From an uncultured Nitrospiraceae bacterium (GTDB lineage: Bacteria; Nitrospirota; Thermodesulfovibrionia; Thermodesulfovibrionales; SM23-35): 64,000 nucleotides of DNA. Each line of letters starts with the position of its first letter. Positions within the stretch are counted from its first letter, which is position 1. The DNA lies in assembly GCA_963727775.1 (NCBI GenBank), contig CAVSHB010000003.1, positions 288,001 through 352,000 of the forward strand. The letters are read 5' to 3'. A model generated the notes under the pieces. That model ran no database searches and was not told the origin of the DNA. It saw only the letters and a list, made by a program, of their open reading frames with translations. Position numbers and translations under genes: made by a program. Shown here piece by piece: positions 1-9,680 of the stretch.

Positions 1-53
1 TTTTCAAAAGTCTGTCCAGAGGAAACCCAACATTCATCATTTAGGCTAAAGCC

Positions 54-308
54 ATGATGAATGAAAAAACCATAAAAGAGAAGTGTTCCCCGTGTTTCAG
101 GAAAAAGGAGTGTTTACTTCTTCCCTCTCAACGAGGTGAATGTCTTGGGCCGTTTACCGATGTGAAAGATCAATTAAAGAAGTTTCAAGCGTACTGTGAA
201 GAAAATCTTTCAAAGCCCAAGGCAGATTTAGAAAAGGCGATACGGGAAGTTGTCTTGAAGGATTACTTAAGAAAGAAAAAGCTCTTCGATGACTCTGAGG
301 ATCGGTAA
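54..308 (+). CDS. Hypothetical protein of the integrative element (Cys-rich N-terminus)
   Basis: 84-aa ORF with CxxC...C...C; upstream of rep on the same strand. Confidence 0.55.
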   Translation: MMNEKTIKEKCSPCFRKKECLLLPSQRGECLGPFTDVKDQLKKFQAYCEENLSKPKADLEKAIREVVLKDYLRKKKLFDDSEDR

Positions 309-343
309 AGATGACGATTCGAAAAGCTTATAACTTCAATGGA

Positions 344-467
344 ATGAAAGGCGGGGCAAGGCCATCCAAGAAGCTATTGCTTTGGATGGCCGCCCCGCTT
401 TTCATCGGTGAGCTTTCAAGCTGCTTGCAGGGGTATTTGCTGGTTATGAGTAATCACCAGCAAATAC
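344..467. promoter_or_regulatory. Two strong hairpins upstream of rep; candidate rolling-circle origin (dso/oriT)
   Basis: ATGAAAGGCGGGGC..GGCCATCCAA / TTGGATGGCC-GCCCCGCTTTTCAT (344-405) and GTATTTGCTGG / CCAGCAAATAC (433-467). Confidence 0.5.
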
Positions 468-476
468 GTTACTAAC

Positions 477-1274
477 ATGATTGATTACTTAAGTCTAACT
501 CTTCATTTACCACCTGATAAGGATTACATGGAATGTCACGGGAAGATTACTGAGGATTCGTTCAGGTTACAGTTGTATAAATATATGTGCGAACTGGACA
601 GGGCAAGGATACTTTTTTGCCCGCATAAATTTGGAGACTCTACAAACGCAAAAATGCCCTTTACAAATATTGTCCTCAATCCAAAGAATTTTGACTGTTA
701 TGATGAAACGGAAAATTATATTTTTTCAATAATTAATAGTCCTGCTTTGAGTTTAGAGGATATAAATCCATCCAGAGTTGATGTTGCCGCCGATATTCCA
801 AATATTAATGTTAAGGCCATAATTGCAATGCTTCACGTCAAGGGTATCCGTAATTTTAGGATTATTGGTGACACGATTTATGCAGGACGTAATCCGAAAG
901 TAAGGGTTTATGACAAACTTGCTGAAATAAGATACCGGCTTAAAAAGAACCTGAAGGTTATAGAAGGAGAAAAGAGACTCCTTGAATCTTATAAGGACTT
1001 GACAAGATTCGAGGTTGCCGTAAGCAGACCGAAAATAAATCTGAAACAATTAAAAGAAAATCCCATAAGGTTAGCGTCCTATTTTGACAGACTCAACTTT
1101 ATTGAAATGGGTTGCAGTAATCCCTGCGGAGTTATGCAGATCATGTATAAGCAAGTGAATAGAAAGTTTAGAAAACAATTGGAAGCACTGCAGAATATGA
1201 AGCTGTTGGAAAAGATAAAAGAGATTTATATATCTGATGTCATTCAATGGTTCACTGAGAAAGAACCTTTTTAG
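477..1274 (+). CDS. Rep_trans-like rolling-circle replication initiator/relaxase
   Basis: Motifs SRVDVAAD, TIYAG, RVYDKLAE and RFEV follow the Rep_trans pattern (RxDxAxD, YxG, YDKxxE, RxE); next to xis and int. Confidence 0.65.
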   Translation: MIDYLSLTLHLPPDKDYMECHGKITEDSFRLQLYKYMCELDRARILFCPHKFGDSTNAKMPFTNIVLNPKNFDCYDETENYIFSIINSPALSLEDINPSRVDVAADIPNINVKAIIAMLHVKGIRNFRIIGDTIYAGRNPKVRVYDKLAEIRYRLKKNLKVIEGEKRLLESYKDLTRFEVAVSRPKINLKQLKENPIRLASYFDRLNFIEMGCSNPCGVMQIMYKQVNRKFRKQLEALQNMKLLEKIKEIYISDVIQWFTEKEPF

Positions 1275-1385
1275 GGTATAGGTAGATATGGATACATATG
1301 AGAAAATCGATTATAGCGCATTTCACGAAGCCGGTTTTTACGTTTTTTTGGTAAAAGCCGGAATATTCTTCTCAAGAGGTATTCT

Positions 1386-1610
1386 GTGAAGCTGATAGGT
1401 ATCAAGGAAGCATCAGAAATTCTCAGCGTAAAGCCTTCTACGCTTTATCAATGGGCAGAGTTAGGCCAAGTACCGTGTTACAAATTGAATGGCTGCCTTA
1501 GATTCGATGTAGAGAATATTATGACTTGGATTAAGTCCTGTAAAAAAGAAGTTGTCGCAAGTTATAATCCTTTTATCCAGACCAGAAGTCCCAGGAAAGG
1601 GGGCAAGTAA
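1386..1610 (+). CDS. Excisionase-like HTH_17 DNA-binding protein
   Basis: IKEASEILSVKPSTLYQW...VPCYKLNGCLRF pattern; directly before the integrase. Confidence 0.85.
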   Translation: MKLIGIKEASEILSVKPSTLYQWAELGQVPCYKLNGCLRFDVENIMTWIKSCKKEVVASYNPFIQTRSPRKGGK

Positions 1611-1612
1611 AT

Positions 1613-2665
1613 ATGGGACTCTACCGTAGAGGTAAAGTTTTCTGGTTTACCATAAAGCACGCTGGAAAGAGGATTCAGGAATCAACAGGAACTGAAAACA
1701 AGAAGTTGGCGGAAAAGATTTATGCGAAGGCTTTTAATGAGATCATCGAAGGTATATGGTTTGAGAAGCAAAAGGCGCATTCGATAACGTTCAGGGAAAT
1801 GACCGAAAAATATTTAAGCAAATATTTCAGAATTAGAGATGAACAAACGGTAAGAAAGTTGTTACCGGTATTCGGACATTTGCCGCTTGCTGAGATCACA
1901 ACTGAAATGGCGTCTGATTATAGGGATGAAAGATTGAAAAAGGTCAAACCAGCTACAGTTTATCAAGAGTTGAGTTTAATGAGACGCATGTTCAACGTTG
2001 CCCGTAAGGAATGGAAATGGCTCAGAGATAATCCTGTGGCTGATCTCTCTTTCTCTGTAGGCAATTCAAATGCAAGGTATAGATGGCTAACTCTTGAAGA
2101 AGAAAAACTACTATTGGAATGCGCAAGCCCTGAATGGCTTAAGAACCTTATTACCTTTGCGCTTCATACCGGCATGAGAAGAGGTGAGATACTTAATCTT
2201 TTGTGGAAGGATGTCGATTATACGGGGAGATTGATGAGGATTGAAAAATCCAAGAACAGCGAAAAAAGAAGTATCCCTATGTCAAAGACCGTTAATGAAC
2301 TGCTCAGAAGCCTGAAGATAAGAGACATAACAGGTCGGGTCTTTCCAGTTACTGTATCAGCTCTTAAAGACGGTTTTGAAAGGGCTGTGAAAAAAGCCTG
2401 TATAGATGATTTTCACTTTCATGATCTCAGACATACATCTGCGACAAGGTTAGTCCAGAATGGGATAGATATCTATGTGGTCAAAGAGCTTTTAGGACAT
2501 AAGACAATAACAATGACCATGAGATATGCGCATCATTACCCTGAGTCATTAAGGCACGGAGTAGAGGTCTTAGACCGGCTGTGCTACAATTGTGCTACAG
2601 TCGAGGCTTCGGACATTTGCCTTAATGTCGAAAAATCGTTTAAAATCAATTGTGGGAGTGCATAG
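1613..2665 (+). CDS. Tyrosine recombinase (phage-type integrase)
   Basis: TGMRRGE, K, FHDLRH, LGHK..MTMRY catalytic motifs; the C-terminus overlaps the tRNA-Sec 5' end. Confidence 0.95.
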   Translation: MGLYRRGKVFWFTIKHAGKRIQESTGTENKKLAEKIYAKAFNEIIEGIWFEKQKAHSITFREMTEKYLSKYFRIRDEQTVRKLLPVFGHLPLAEITTEMASDYRDERLKKVKPATVYQELSLMRRMFNVARKEWKWLRDNPVADLSFSVGNSNARYRWLTLEEEKLLLECASPEWLKNLITFALHTGMRRGEILNLLWKDVDYTGRLMRIEKSKNSEKRSIPMSKTVNELLRSLKIRDITGRVFPVTVSALKDGFERAVKKACIDDFHFHDLRHTSATRLVQNGIDIYVVKELLGHKTITMTMRYAHHYPESLRHGVEVLDRLCYNCATVEASDICLNVEKSFKINCGSA

Positions 2666-2751
2666 GGTTCTGGTGTCCCTCCCGGACTTCAAATCCGGTG
2701 TTGCCTGTTACAAACGGGCAGGGTGGGTTCGATTCCCACACGCTCCCGCCA
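2654..2751 (+). tRNA. selC: tRNA-Sec (anticodon UCA)
   Basis: CCGGA-CTTCAAA-TCCGG anticodon arm, long variable arm TGCCTGTT/AACGGGCA, T-arm GTGGG-TTCGATT-CCCAC, 3' GCCA. Confidence 0.93.
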
Positions 2752-2874
2752 AACTTTCCGTTAATATCAGTATATTAGCTTGATAAATCCTTCCCAAAAC
2801 TCTCAATGCTTGCTTTTCGATATATCCTTTCATATAATAAAATGTAAGGAGATTTAGTTTAGTAAGGAGATAAT

Positions 2875-3132
2875 ATGACCGCGCTTGCAAAGGTTACATC
2901 CAAGGGACAGATCACACTACCTAAAGAGGTTAGGGAGTTGCTCCATATCCAGACCGGCAGCATCGTGGTCTTTGAGAAGGAAGATGAAAAGCTCATTGTG
3001 AAGACTGCGAAGACGCTCCAGGATTTCAAGGGCATTCTGAAAGGCAGGCAGAAGAAGACCGAGTTTGAGGGGATGAGAAAAAAGGCAAAGGAATACGTCG
3101 GGAGAAAGGGAGCCGGTAGTGGACAAGACTAA
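2875..3132 (+). CDS. AbrB/MazE-family antitoxin
   Basis: KVTSKGQITLPKEVRELL motif; overlaps the PIN toxin gene. Confidence 0.9.
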   Translation: MTALAKVTSKGQITLPKEVRELLHIQTGSIVVFEKEDEKLIVKTAKTLQDFKGILKGRQKKTEFEGMRKKAKEYVGRKGAGSGQD

Positions 3133-3538
3133 GCGGATCGTCATCGATACGAACCTGCTCATCAGATACCTTATCAACGATGATAGTCGCAAAGCGCAGA
3201 TTGTCGACACACTTCTGAAAAAGGCCGGTAAAGGCGATATCCAAATCCTCATGCCGTCCATTGTAATTTCAGAACTCGTCTGGGTGCTTGAGAGTTTTTA
3301 TAGCATGGAAACCGCCGAGATCGCCGAAGTTGTAGACTCCATCTTAAATACGCCGGGTCTTACGGTCTCGGATGATTCGATAGTCCGTTCCGCCCTGAAG
3401 CGATACAGGAATAGGGGGGTTGATCTTGTTGATGCTTGGATCGCAGCCTTTGCTCAGGAAAAGGGAGCAAGCGAGATCCATACCTTTGACAAAAGGCATT
3501 TCAAAGGCATCGACGACGTCGCCGTGGTCCAGTTGTGA
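3119..3538 (+). CDS. vapC: PIN-domain VapC toxin
   Basis: IDTNLLIRYL, E, DLVDA, TFD acidic PIN motifs. Confidence 0.9.
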   Translation: MDKTKRIVIDTNLLIRYLINDDSRKAQIVDTLLKKAGKGDIQILMPSIVISELVWVLESFYSMETAEIAEVVDSILNTPGLTVSDDSIVRSALKRYRNRGVDLVDAWIAAFAQEKGASEIHTFDKRHFKGIDDVAVVQL

Positions 3539-3929
3539 GACAAGAGGACAGTCCGATTCCAGTGGAGATGACGAGAGAAAAGCCACCTTCGTAATGAACC
3601 CGTCACTCGTCACTGTCTTGATGCCGGATTGTCGGGAAGGCTGGGAGACGGAGAATTGAGAAGATGTGCGACAGCAGGAAAGTCAAGAAACAAGACCTTC
3701 CTTGATCCAGCGACATTTTCATCTTGGCACAAAAGCAGATGAAAAGCATTGAGATATTCTTGAATTTCCCAATTATGGATATGAATATGAATGTGCTTAA
3801 GAAAGACACTGGAAAAGTCGATCCTCAGCAGGCCTTACGTATGACCGCTTTTTGGGGTGATGACTCTTGGCGACAGGCTGCTTATAGCACAACGGATAAT
3901 TTATTCGGAATTGAGGAAAAGGCCAATAA

Positions 3930-5549
3930 CCCGAAAAATGCGTTTGCTATAGGCATACCTATAGAGTCAAGCCTATCAAGGCATTGGCTGATTTGTCGAT
4001 ATAAAAGCTAATACTGATGCTGTTTCTTGTTCCACCTCCTGAAAATTATGTTCTTTTTATCTAAATGCAGTGCAATTACCAAAACTGGGTGGAAAGTATT
4101 GTCCCACGCGGTTAAAGAGGTAGCGCAGTTTTGATCGTACTTTCTGCGTAAAGACAGAAATCCGCAATACAGGTTTCCTTCCATCCCATCCTAATTGGGC
4201 TGGAAGGACAAGATACTTGTACCGTAAGGTTTTCAAACGTTCTGTCTTTTCTTTTTGACCGAGTATCTGATGCCTGAACAGGACAAACAGATTGTAGATG
4301 AATACCCGAATAAGCATAGCCGCCTCCGTTGAGTAGAAATACTTCATCGAGAACCCGCCGAGTGCAAAATCCTCTTTCAGTTCCTTGATGGTATTCTCAT
4401 CGTTCGCCCTATGCCTGCATTGCTTCCATACCTCATATGTAGAATCATGTGAATTGGTTATCCATACGCTATAACGATAATGCCCTGTATCAAACTCATC
4501 TCCGAAAAGAGACAACTCTTTTCCCATCGCGTGCGGTCTCTTCTTGACATCCTGGCGCACTGCAATAAACCTCCTGTCGATTATCCACTCTACATGCTGG
4601 AAGAAGAACTCAGTGATCCATATCCCTTCTTCTACCTGTGCCCAGTTTTGTTGTGCGTAGATTATCCTCTGCAGCGGACGATATAGGCGAGCAGCTATGA
4701 TATATACTAATTCTCTCTTCTCAAGCAGTTCGATGAACTCCCTAAGATAAAATCCACTGTCTGCAATAATGCCCTTGATATCGATATGACCGTTGATCCT
4801 CTGCCATGTGGATTCAAAAAATCCAATAATGTTGTTCCATGACATCACGTTGCCGGGGCGGTTCCAAAGATTTATCACATACTTGTTTCTGTTAAGAAAT
4901 GCCAGAAGCGGGCTGTGGCTACCACGGCCCTTCTTCTTCGGGTTATATCCCCTCTTGACTCCCTCCTGTTTTCCGTATCGCTCAAGGACTGTAGAATCGA
5001 ACGTCAACCAGTCCTCTTTGAGCTCTTTCCAGGGGATCAATCTCTTCAAGTATCCCCATAATCCCTCCGACATCTCTTCCACTTCCTTCAGTTTTCTGAT
5101 CTTCCTGAAAAGCCTGCCCAATGTCGTCGAGGCGATAGGAAGCCTCTTCACTGCAAAAAGATCGGTGAAAATCTCCTGCCAACCAAGATAAAGTAGATGA
5201 GAAAACCTGCTGCCTCCCGCATAGATCAGAAGGATGTATGCCAATACCTTGCTGTATATCCCCATTCCATTGGGTGAACTCTCATGGATCGGAATCACCT
5301 CTTGCAAAATTCCTCTCAATTTGATCTTTTCAAAAAATGCAGCCAATAAACTGAATCCCCCATATGCCGTCATCTTCTTCTCCGTAAATCCAATCCTTAC
5401 TTTATTTATTTCGATCTTTGTGCTACATTTTGACTGCATATTTCTATTCTCCTTTCGTTTAGAGTTGATGGTCGGGTAAACCTATTGATTCTAATACGAA
5501 AGGAGAATTTCTTCGGGGATATTATTTTAGGTCAACTGCACTTTTTGGG
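3930..5549 (-). mobile_element. IS1380-family insertion sequence, copy A
   Basis: Imperfect terminal inverted repeats CCCGAAAAATGC / CCCAAAAAGTGC; target duplication ATAA at 3926-3929 and 5550-5553. Confidence 0.9.
4057..5439 (-). CDS. IS1380-family DDE transposase
   Basis: FDSTV..YGKQEG...YNP, ADSGF, R..DENTIKELK motifs. Confidence 0.92.
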   Translation of the reverse strand: MQSKCSTKIEINKVRIGFTEKKMTAYGGFSLLAAFFEKIKLRGILQEVIPIHESSPNGMGIYSKVLAYILLIYAGGSRFSHLLYLGWQEIFTDLFAVKRLPIASTTLGRLFRKIRKLKEVEEMSEGLWGYLKRLIPWKELKEDWLTFDSTVLERYGKQEGVKRGYNPKKKGRGSHSPLLAFLNRNKYVINLWNRPGNVMSWNNIIGFFESTWQRINGHIDIKGIIADSGFYLREFIELLEKRELVYIIAARLYRPLQRIIYAQQNWAQVEEGIWITEFFFQHVEWIIDRRFIAVRQDVKKRPHAMGKELSLFGDEFDTGHYRYSVWITNSHDSTYEVWKQCRHRANDENTIKELKEDFALGGFSMKYFYSTEAAMLIRVFIYNLFVLFRHQILGQKEKTERLKTLRYKYLVLPAQLGWDGRKPVLRISVFTQKVRSKLRYLFNRVGQYFPPSFGNCTAFR

Positions 5550-5745
5550 ATAATGAGGCTGTAGCAGAGGCCTTTAGACAACGTCCGAAAAAGGTCGCAG
5601 GGTTTGACTATGTGCCTAAGCCGATACCGATGAGAAATAACAAGGGTGCAACGGTTTACTACCTCTTCTTCGCTTCACAAAAGCCTGTCGCTGCAGGTAT
5701 TGTACGTGCTATATTCGATAAATACAGAAATAAGGGAAATATGTG

Positions 5746-6486
5746 ATGGGATAGAAATCAACAATAGAGTGGACGGGATCGACCTGGAATCCTGTGACCG
5801 GATGCGTAAAGATCAGTCATGGTTGTTTGAACTGCTATGCAGAGTGGATGGCAAAGCGTCTTCAGGCCATGGGGCAACCCAACTATGCCGCTGGATTCAA
5901 GCTTGCGTTACATGAGCATGTGCTCGATCTTCCGTTAAGATGGAAGAAGCCTCAAAACATTTTCGTCAATTCCATGAGCGATCTTTTTCTGAAGGGTATC
6001 CCCGAAAAATTCCTCATGAGAATATTCAATGTCATGCATCAGGCCCACTGGCATACGTTCCAGGTTCTTACCAAAAGGTCTGGCAGACTCTTAGAGCTTA
6101 GCTCTCAACTGCCATGGGCTGCTAATATCTGGATGGGTGTTACGGTCGAAAACAGAGATTATACTTACCGTATAGATCATCTGCGCGAAAGCGGTGCATA
6201 CCTAAAGTTTCTTTCCATAGAGCCTCTTCTCGGTCCTTTACCGAAGATGAATATGGAAGGCATAGACTGGTTAATCGTCGGCGGAGAATCAGGCCCTGGT
6301 GCTCGACCCATGGATCCGGAATGGGTTTTCGATATCCGCGCTCAGTGTAATAAAGCCGTTGTTCCGTTCTTCTTCAAACAGTGGGGAGGCACAAGGAAAA
6401 AGAAGGCTGGGAGGTTACTTGAAGGAAGGACGTGGGATGAAATGCCGGTAATATCAAGGCTGGATATGCGGGCAATAATTGGTTAG
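5746..6486 (+). pseudogene. Phage Gp37/Gp68 (DUF5131) family protein with an in-frame TAG at codon 3
   Basis: ATG GGA TAG AAA TCA ACA ATA GAG TGG = [43 protein letters not shown] and FFFKQWG motifs. Confidence 0.8.
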
Positions 6487-6669
6487 AGGGAAAAATTGAT
6501 TGACTAAGAAAAGGAAATACAGAGAACAGGCTGAGGGCAGGCTTTCGTTTGTACATTTAGGCTCTCTTTCATCCGCCGTCCGGGAACCCATTTCCGACAA
6601 TTCAACGTCTCCCCTTCCTATGGGTTCAAGTGGACCGATTAAATCGTCACCGTTTTGTTACAAATTAGT

Positions 6670-7260
6670 TCAGGGCGGCGTACCGGGTTGTTTTACGGCT
6701 GAGGGAAGCTCTCCAGAAATGATATCCCTCGGGTCGAGAAAAATTATATTTTCGAATTCATCGAGAGTCTGCCACGTTAGGCTTTCGATGCAAATCGTCT
6801 TCGGAATGAAGGCTAATGATAAATGGAGATGAGCTGGGACCTTCATGTTTTTCGTACCGGCAAGATTTGCAACCACTTTATCCTCGCTCAAGAATCTATC
6901 GATTAGGACATCTGTTGCCGGTTCTACATGACCGTAGATGGTAAATAACTGTAAGTCGTTGTCGAACATTTCATGCGCCGCAAAGATGGTGTACCCGAGA
7001 AAATCTTCTATGAGCCTGACTATCCTGCCTTCATAAATGATAGGGATTTTTGTGCCTTCACTAATCGTTTCAAATATGCCATCGTGATTTTCATATAACC
7101 TTAAATCTAATCCGTTGTGCCGATGACCACGGTGTCCTTTGTCTCCCCACCATTTTGATTCGGACAAAAATAACATGCCGGGCTCAAATACCCATCTTTT
7201 AACCCGGAGAGTATTCTCACGGACCAGATATTCCGTGAATCGTGATTTGTTAAGGGTCAT
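6670..7260 (-). CDS. M23 peptidase-like protein
   Basis: HNGLDL, TIYGH and HLHLS motifs. Confidence 0.7.
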   Translation of the reverse strand: MTLNKSRFTEYLVRENTLRVKRWVFEPGMLFLSESKWWGDKGHRGHRHNGLDLRLYENHDGIFETISEGTKIPIIYEGRIVRLIEDFLGYTIFAAHEMFDNDLQLFTIYGHVEPATDVLIDRFLSEDKVVANLAGTKNMKVPAHLHLSLAFIPKTICIESLTWQTLDEFENIIFLDPRDIISGELPSAVKQPGTPP

Positions 7261-7368
7261 GGCATTACTATTTCACTTCTGAGGTCAGCGCTTGAACCAT
7301 GAAATAAGGACGCTGTGATAAAGCAGTAATCTTTCAAGACCTTCTTTTTAAGCATTTATCATAATATC

Positions 7369-7719
7369 TCAATCCCTAAACTGTTCCTTCAGCCTCCTGA
7401 ATCTCGATTCGTAAATGAGCTCGTATAGGTCAATTTTATCCGGGAACAGTTCTGAAATTCTTTCCTTGAGTTTCTGCTTTTCTATTTCGATATCTATCAT
7501 CGGATAGTCACTGCCAACGATCAGGGAAGCGATCCGGTCGGCCATGGCCCTTATCTCCCTGACCTTCCTGTCTTCAGATCTCCGCGCAAAAATCGCCTTA
7601 TCCGTCATTTGCTCATGTTTAAACGTAACTGTATTTCCGCAGACACACATCAAGGACCTGCCAAATTCAAAAAGGGTAACATCATAATCTCTGCCGCAAT
7701 ATGAACACCGGACAGCCAT
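7369..7719 (-). CDS. Hypothetical protein with an N-terminal zinc ribbon
   Basis: CxxC...CxC; 116-aa ORF. Confidence 0.7.
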   Translation of the reverse strand: MAVRCSYCGRDYDVTLFEFGRSLMCVCGNTVTFKHEQMTDKAIFARRSEDRKVREIRAMADRIASLIVGSDYPMIDIEIEKQKLKERISELFPDKIDLYELIYESRFRRLKEQFRD

Positions 7720-7903
7720 ATACCTAATAAAGCTTTACCTTTGTAATTAAATTATACTGGAAACCTCCGGGGGATCAAGCGTGTCAGGACGAAGGGATTA
7801 AACCGACTAAAAAAATGTATTTGAGAGAAATATGCATAAAAATTGGTATTATATTGTGCATTGACCTTTTTATTTTAAAATCCATTTATGACAGGGTGTT
7901 AAC

Positions 7904-8800
7904 ATGAAGATACTGCTACCTACAGACGGCTCTGAATATTCTGAGACTGCGGCAAAATTTCTCAAAAAACTCAATTTGTCGAGTAACGACGAAATCATCA
8001 TCCTTCACGTTATAAGCGAAGACCCTTTTGAAGATGATAAGGATCATTATTACGCAAAGATTAAAGAGATCAAACAATCAATTGCACCTAAAATACTCGA
8101 CTTGACTATGAATATTCTGAAATCGCTCCCTACAAAAATGAATACAGCTTTGATGAATGGTTATCCGGACAAATGTATAGTCGAGGCGGCGGTTGCTTCT
8201 AATGCTGACATAATCGCCATGGGCCCCAAAAGACTAAAGGGCATTAAATCACGTATCGTCGGAAGTATAACAAAGTCTGTGTCTATCATGTCTCCGAAAC
8301 CGGTACTTGTTATCAAACCTCCTCAGGGAGAATCATCAAATAAAATTAAAATACTCTTTACAACTGACGGATCTGATCATGCAAAGAAAGCAGGAGAAAT
8401 CCTGTCTTTAATGCCGTTTCATGATGATACGGAAATAACAATTCTGCATGTGATCACTCCAGCTTTTTACGACGTTCCTGATAAATTTATGTCAAAAATA
8501 GACACGAGCTTCAGAGAAGATCTAAAAAGATACAGTTCTTTAGAATTACAGGAATCCCAAAGAATTATTGCACAAGCCTCTGAATATTTAAATAATAAAT
8601 TCTCAAATATCGACAAACTAACAAAAATTGGTGAACCTTCAGATGAGATCTTACAGACTGCAAATGAATTGAATGCAGACATGATTGTAGTCGGCAGCAA
8701 GGGCATGGGTGGTTTTAGGGGTATAGTAGGCAGCATATCCAGATACATCCTCAGCGTTGCTGAATGCTCTGTCCTTATCGGAAAGACGGAGCGGTTTTAA
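7904..8800 (+). CDS. Universal stress protein (tandem USP domains)
   Basis: Two KIL..TDGS ... GS...V(L)I repeats. Confidence 0.92.
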   Translation: MKILLPTDGSEYSETAAKFLKKLNLSSNDEIIILHVISEDPFEDDKDHYYAKIKEIKQSIAPKILDLTMNILKSLPTKMNTALMNGYPDKCIVEAAVASNADIIAMGPKRLKGIKSRIVGSITKSVSIMSPKPVLVIKPPQGESSNKIKILFTTDGSDHAKKAGEILSLMPFHDDTEITILHVITPAFYDVPDKFMSKIDTSFREDLKRYSSLELQESQRIIAQASEYLNNKFSNIDKLTKIGEPSDEILQTANELNADMIVVGSKGMGGFRGIVGSISRYILSVAECSVLIGKTERF

Positions 8801-9136
8801 TAACAAATCCTGAATTGTCATAAATTGCTGGAAATATTCGCATGGGCAAAGATAGGTCGCGCAGCGCATTGGCCGATTTGAAATAAAAAAGTGGCGGTTG
8901 CTTCCCCTCAAATCTCGGCAGATTGTGCATCTTGTGACATACAGCTTAAGACTCTTACGTCTAACACCTTACGTCCTGCGACTTTACAACCTTAATGCCG
9001 AATTGAGAGGAGCAAGACCACCACTTTTGGTAAGCCCACTCTTCTTGATTAATTTATACTCCAATTTAGAGTGGTTGTCAAGCTTTTTTTTAACAGCGTC
9101 ACAAAATCTGAAAAATCAATTTATGTTGTCAGCGCT

Positions 9137-9658
9137 CTACGAGACGATTTTTTCCATTTTAAAGTCATCCATGATAAAACCGTTGCCTATATCCTGAACA
9201 ACAGGGCCAATATTTTTGAATCCCATTTTCTCATACGCTTTTATTGATTTCATATTGTTTTTGTTTACGGTGAGAGAAATTTTCCGGAGATGAAGCGTAG
9301 AAGCAAGATTCTCAAGAAACCGTATCGCTTTTTTGCCGAACCCTTTACCGCGCCGGGAGGCTTCTACATAAATTTTACTCAGAAACAATTCCTCTCCTCT
9401 TGGTTGCACCGCCATATACCCGATGTATTTTCCCTTTGCTTCCACCAAAAAATACCGATACCCTTCAGTCTTTATTTGAGCGGCTATCGCTTCGTCCGAC
9501 TGAAACTCGCCGAGCATGTATTCAACCTGATCTCGGCCGATGATCGGGGTGTAGTGTTCAGTCCAGATTTCTCTGGCAAGCATTGCGACACTATTAATCT
9601 GTTGCTGACTTATCACTTCAATAAACATACTTCTATTTTTACTGAAATCCTTTTTCAC
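9137..9658 (-). CDS. GNAT N-acetyltransferase
   Basis: LSKIYV...RRGKGFGK and N..SIKAYEKMGF motifs. Confidence 0.9.
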   Translation of the reverse strand: MKKDFSKNRSMFIEVISQQQINSVAMLAREIWTEHYTPIIGRDQVEYMLGEFQSDEAIAAQIKTEGYRYFLVEAKGKYIGYMAVQPRGEELFLSKIYVEASRRGKGFGKKAIRFLENLASTLHLRKISLTVNKNNMKSIKAYEKMGFKNIGPVVQDIGNGFIMDDFKMEKIVS

Positions 9659-9680
9659 TGCAACCAGAACAGCGACTTTT

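Larger units (their letters stand above)
1..2670 (+). mobile_element. Right end of an integrative element (rep-xis-int) at tRNA-Sec; left end outside the window
   Basis: rep/xis/int cluster abutting a tRNA; TGTGCTACA direct repeats at 2580-2588 and 2591-2599 (arm-type site-like). Confidence 0.75.
3724..5746 (+). pseudogene. Three-Cys-motif partner (TcmP-like) protein; 5'-truncated and split by IS1380
   Basis: MKSIEIFLNFPIMDMN...FWGDDSW...EEKAN continues after the IS as NEAVAEAFRQR...VPKPIPMRNNKGATVYYLFFASQ...*; lies upstream of a DUF5131 gene. Confidence 0.75.

Noticed and set aside
2752..6670. 3' tRNA-Sec duplicate marking the end of the downstream islet
   Set aside because: No copy of the tRNA 3' end was found
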